Shown in pieces: positions 26,470 to 28,315 of a DNA stretch of 28,315 nt; position 1 is the first letter of the stretch; each line of letters opens with the position of its first letter. The DNA lies in the NCBI GenBank assembly GCA_965195285.1, contig CBDAFS010000027.1, positions 1-28,315 of the forward strand, written 5' to 3'. The position numbers were made by a program, and so were the translations under genes. The stretch is from an uncultured Aminicenantes bacterium (lineage in GTDB: Bacteria > Acidobacteriota > Aminicenantia > UBA2199). The notes under the pieces were generated by a model. It saw only the letters and a list, made by a program, of their open reading frames with translations, made no database searches and was not told the origin of the DNA.

Positions 26470-26502
26470 CATGTTAGATGTTGCATGTGTCATGTTACAT
26501 GT
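26470..26502. repeat. 7-bp-period ATGT array at the orphan Rhs junction
   Basis: ATGT at 26471, 26478, 26485, 26492 and 26499. Confidence 0.6.
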
Positions 26503-26555
26503 AAATGATAAATTTATGAACAAATCATTTCCATTCCTTAAATCGAGATATTTCT

Positions 26556-27257
26556 TTAACTCGAAATGAATTGTTTATAATTTATTGCAAGAATAATAAA
26601 ATTATGAAATGCATGTATTATGAATCCTGGAACAATTGATTTACTTATATAATATAAATAACAAAAAGCAAATCCAAGCAAAAAAGATGGAAAAAAACTG
26701 TAAATATTATACACAGAGATATGACCTAAAGCAAAAATTAATGAACTTAAAACCGCTGCTTTCTTCCATCCATAATATGTTGAAAGACCAGCAAAAATAA
26801 ATCCCCTATCAAAGACTTCTTCAACAAAAGGACCTATAATAGAAAAATCCAAAATGAGCAACCCAATACTATGACCTACATCAAAAATATATTTTAAATC
26901 TATTGATGGGATCTCTATATTTAATAATTTTAGAAAAATTTTAAAAAGAAAGATAATAAAATAACATAAAAGAAGAATACCAGCCCCTTCAACCAAAAAT
27001 TCTTTCTTAAATTTTATCAAGCCAAGGAATTGCAACCAATACTTTTTTCTACGTAACAAAAAAATAAAAATAATTGTAATTAAAATGAAATCAAAAATGA
27101 ACATCAACAATAAGGAGTCAATTTTAAAATTTATAGATAGATTAATAAAAGTAATTGTTAGAACTATTAGTATTCCTACTTTTACTTCACTTATTTTCCA
27201 ATTAGAATAATCTCCTGTATTTTTTATTGTTCGTAGATCACTATTCATTTGATTCAT
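26556..27257 (-). CDS. CPBP/Abi (CAAX-protease-like) intramembrane metalloprotease, putative Rhs immunity protein
   Basis: Multi-TM; motifs EEVFDRG, FALGH and HAFHN; directly downstream of the Rhs toxin gene. Confidence 0.85.
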   Translation of the reverse strand: MNQMNSDLRTIKNTGDYSNWKISEVKVGILIVLTITFINLSINFKIDSLLLMFIFDFILITIIFIFLLRRKKYWLQFLGLIKFKKEFLVEGAGILLLCYFIIFLFKIFLKLLNIEIPSIDLKYIFDVGHSIGLLILDFSIIGPFVEEVFDRGFIFAGLSTYYGWKKAAVLSSLIFALGHISVYNIYSFFPSFLLGFAFCYLYYISKSIVPGFIIHAFHNFIILAINYKQFISS

Positions 27258-27330
27258 TTTTATTAGTTTTTCTTTTTATATTATTTATTTAAAAAATTAA
27301 ATAAAAGCTAACAGATAACCAATTTTTAAA

Positions 27331-28315
27331 TCAGTTATATCGCTTATTTATTAAAGATTCATCAAAAAATTTTTTAATGACACCAACAATATCTGTAGGA
27401 GGAATTAATGAATACAAATCATAAAGCATTTGAGTCATATCTAGAAGACCTTGATATGGGTCCCAACCAATCATTCCTTCATCACATTCCCTTGGGCGTA
27501 CGAGTAAATAATTATTTGGAAGATCTAAAGGAATATAATACCAAGGTTCACCATTTTCCCATATAACTTGATATGGAGAATTCAGTAATTTATCAAATTC
27601 CTTCATTTTTTTGGGAATATTATTATGGGGATCATATAATCCAAATTTATCAATATAATTTACTGGATTGTTTATTGTTATTAGAAACATATTCAATCCA
27701 CCGGTTAACCCAATCGGATCCTCGTTGATGAACCTTCCAATTGAGGGTGAATAATACCTGAAATAATAGTAATTAAGTCCTGATTCCTGGTCATAATATT
27801 TGGATTGGAAGCCAAGATTGCCGCTTGAACTTCCGGTTTGGTTTATTAGATTTCCGAACGTGTCATAGGTTCGGGTGTTGATCATTTGTTTGGTTTCGTG
27901 TTTGTAAATTTTGGTAATGGTGCCAACCTGGTCTTTGATGTAACTGTACCAGCCTTTTCTTTCAAAGGAAAAATACTGGGGATCATCAACTTCTGCATAT
28001 TCAACATGTCCCTGCACATCATCCTTTCCATTCTCGTAGATGTATCTTCTAATGGGTTGAAAATTTACATTCAATTCAAAAGACAAATTATTGCCTTCCC
28101 AGTGGAAGTTGGTGATGGTGCCGTTGACATTTTTTTGGATGCGGCGGCCGTAAATGTCGTATTTGTATTCAGCAACGACGTTTGCGGGCTCGATTTCGGT
28201 GGGGTAGTGTTCGTATTTGATCATCCGGTTTTCCGAGTTGTAATAGAACTTCTTGGTTTCTGTGGTGGTTATGTTTTTTTCCTCTGTCATATTTCCATCA
28301 GCATCGTAAGAATAG
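27331..28315 (-). CDS. Rhs/YD-repeat toxin, C-terminal part (5' end outside window)
   Basis: The frame stays open beyond 28290 (YSYDADGN-MTEEK). YD repeats (YKYDIYGRR), RHS core ending PVNYIDKFGL, then a 101-aa CT. Confidence 0.9.
   Translation of the reverse strand, partial: YSYDADGNMTEEKNITTTETKKFYYNSENRMIKYEHYPTEIEPANVVAEYKYDIYGRRIQKNVNGTITNFHWEGNNLSFELNVNFQPIRRYIYENGKDDVQGHVEYAEVDDPQYFSFERKGWYSYIKDQVGTITKIYKHETKQMINTRTYDTFGNLINQTGSSSGNLGFQSKYYDQESGLNYYYFRYYSPSIGRFINEDPIGLTGGLNMFLITINNPVNYIDKFGLYDPHNNIPKKMKEFDKLLNSPYQVIWENGEPWYYIPLDLPNNYLLVRPRECDEGMIGWDPYQGLLDMTQMLYDLYSLIPPTDIVGVIKKFFDESLINKRYN

Noticed and set aside
26464-26523. N-terminal 20 codons of the orphan Rhs ORF
   Set aside because: They translate the 7-mer array and have no similarity to the main Rhs; probably not a real N-terminus.
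1-28315. tRNA, rRNA or known riboswitch genes
   Set aside because: None recognisable by eye in the short intergenic regions; tRNAscan/Infernal were not run.

Overview
Bacterial genomic window. The host is probably an anaerobe of the Acidobacteriota/Aminicenantes type, inferred from the secreted VWA-like protein, lipoproteins, Rhs and sigma70 promoters. Core genes: an anaerobic benzoyl-CoA degradation set (partial tungsten-type class II benzoyl-CoA reductase bamB, missed by the ORF track; a divergent Had-like dehydrogenase; dch; oah/bamA), an archaeal-type gatE-gatD pair, and an Ldh_2 oxidoreductase / ADP-forming acyl-CoA synthetase / AMP-forming acyl-CoA ligase block. An AT-rich island (~3.9-12.8 kb) lies between dch and oah. 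It carries a TPR lipoprotein, a 3-gene 6A-MBL-type prokaryotic ubiquitin-like defence operon (membrane protein, MBL hydrolase ending in Gly, E2-E1-JAB fusion), a TIR-TPR protein and a zinc-ribbon membrane protein. The right end holds a RAYT-type HUH (Y1) transposase bounded by 24-bp inverted repeats and an Rhs toxin locus with an orphan module. The most unusual signal is non-coding. The island's gene blocks are delimited by two families of short sites: three direct-oriented 27-bp sites and two ~89-bp palindromes, each palindrome 12 nt after a stop codon. Both families share a core motif and 8-bp periodicity with the transposase ends, suggesting a HUH-transposase-linked, integron-like cassette array (inference, untested).
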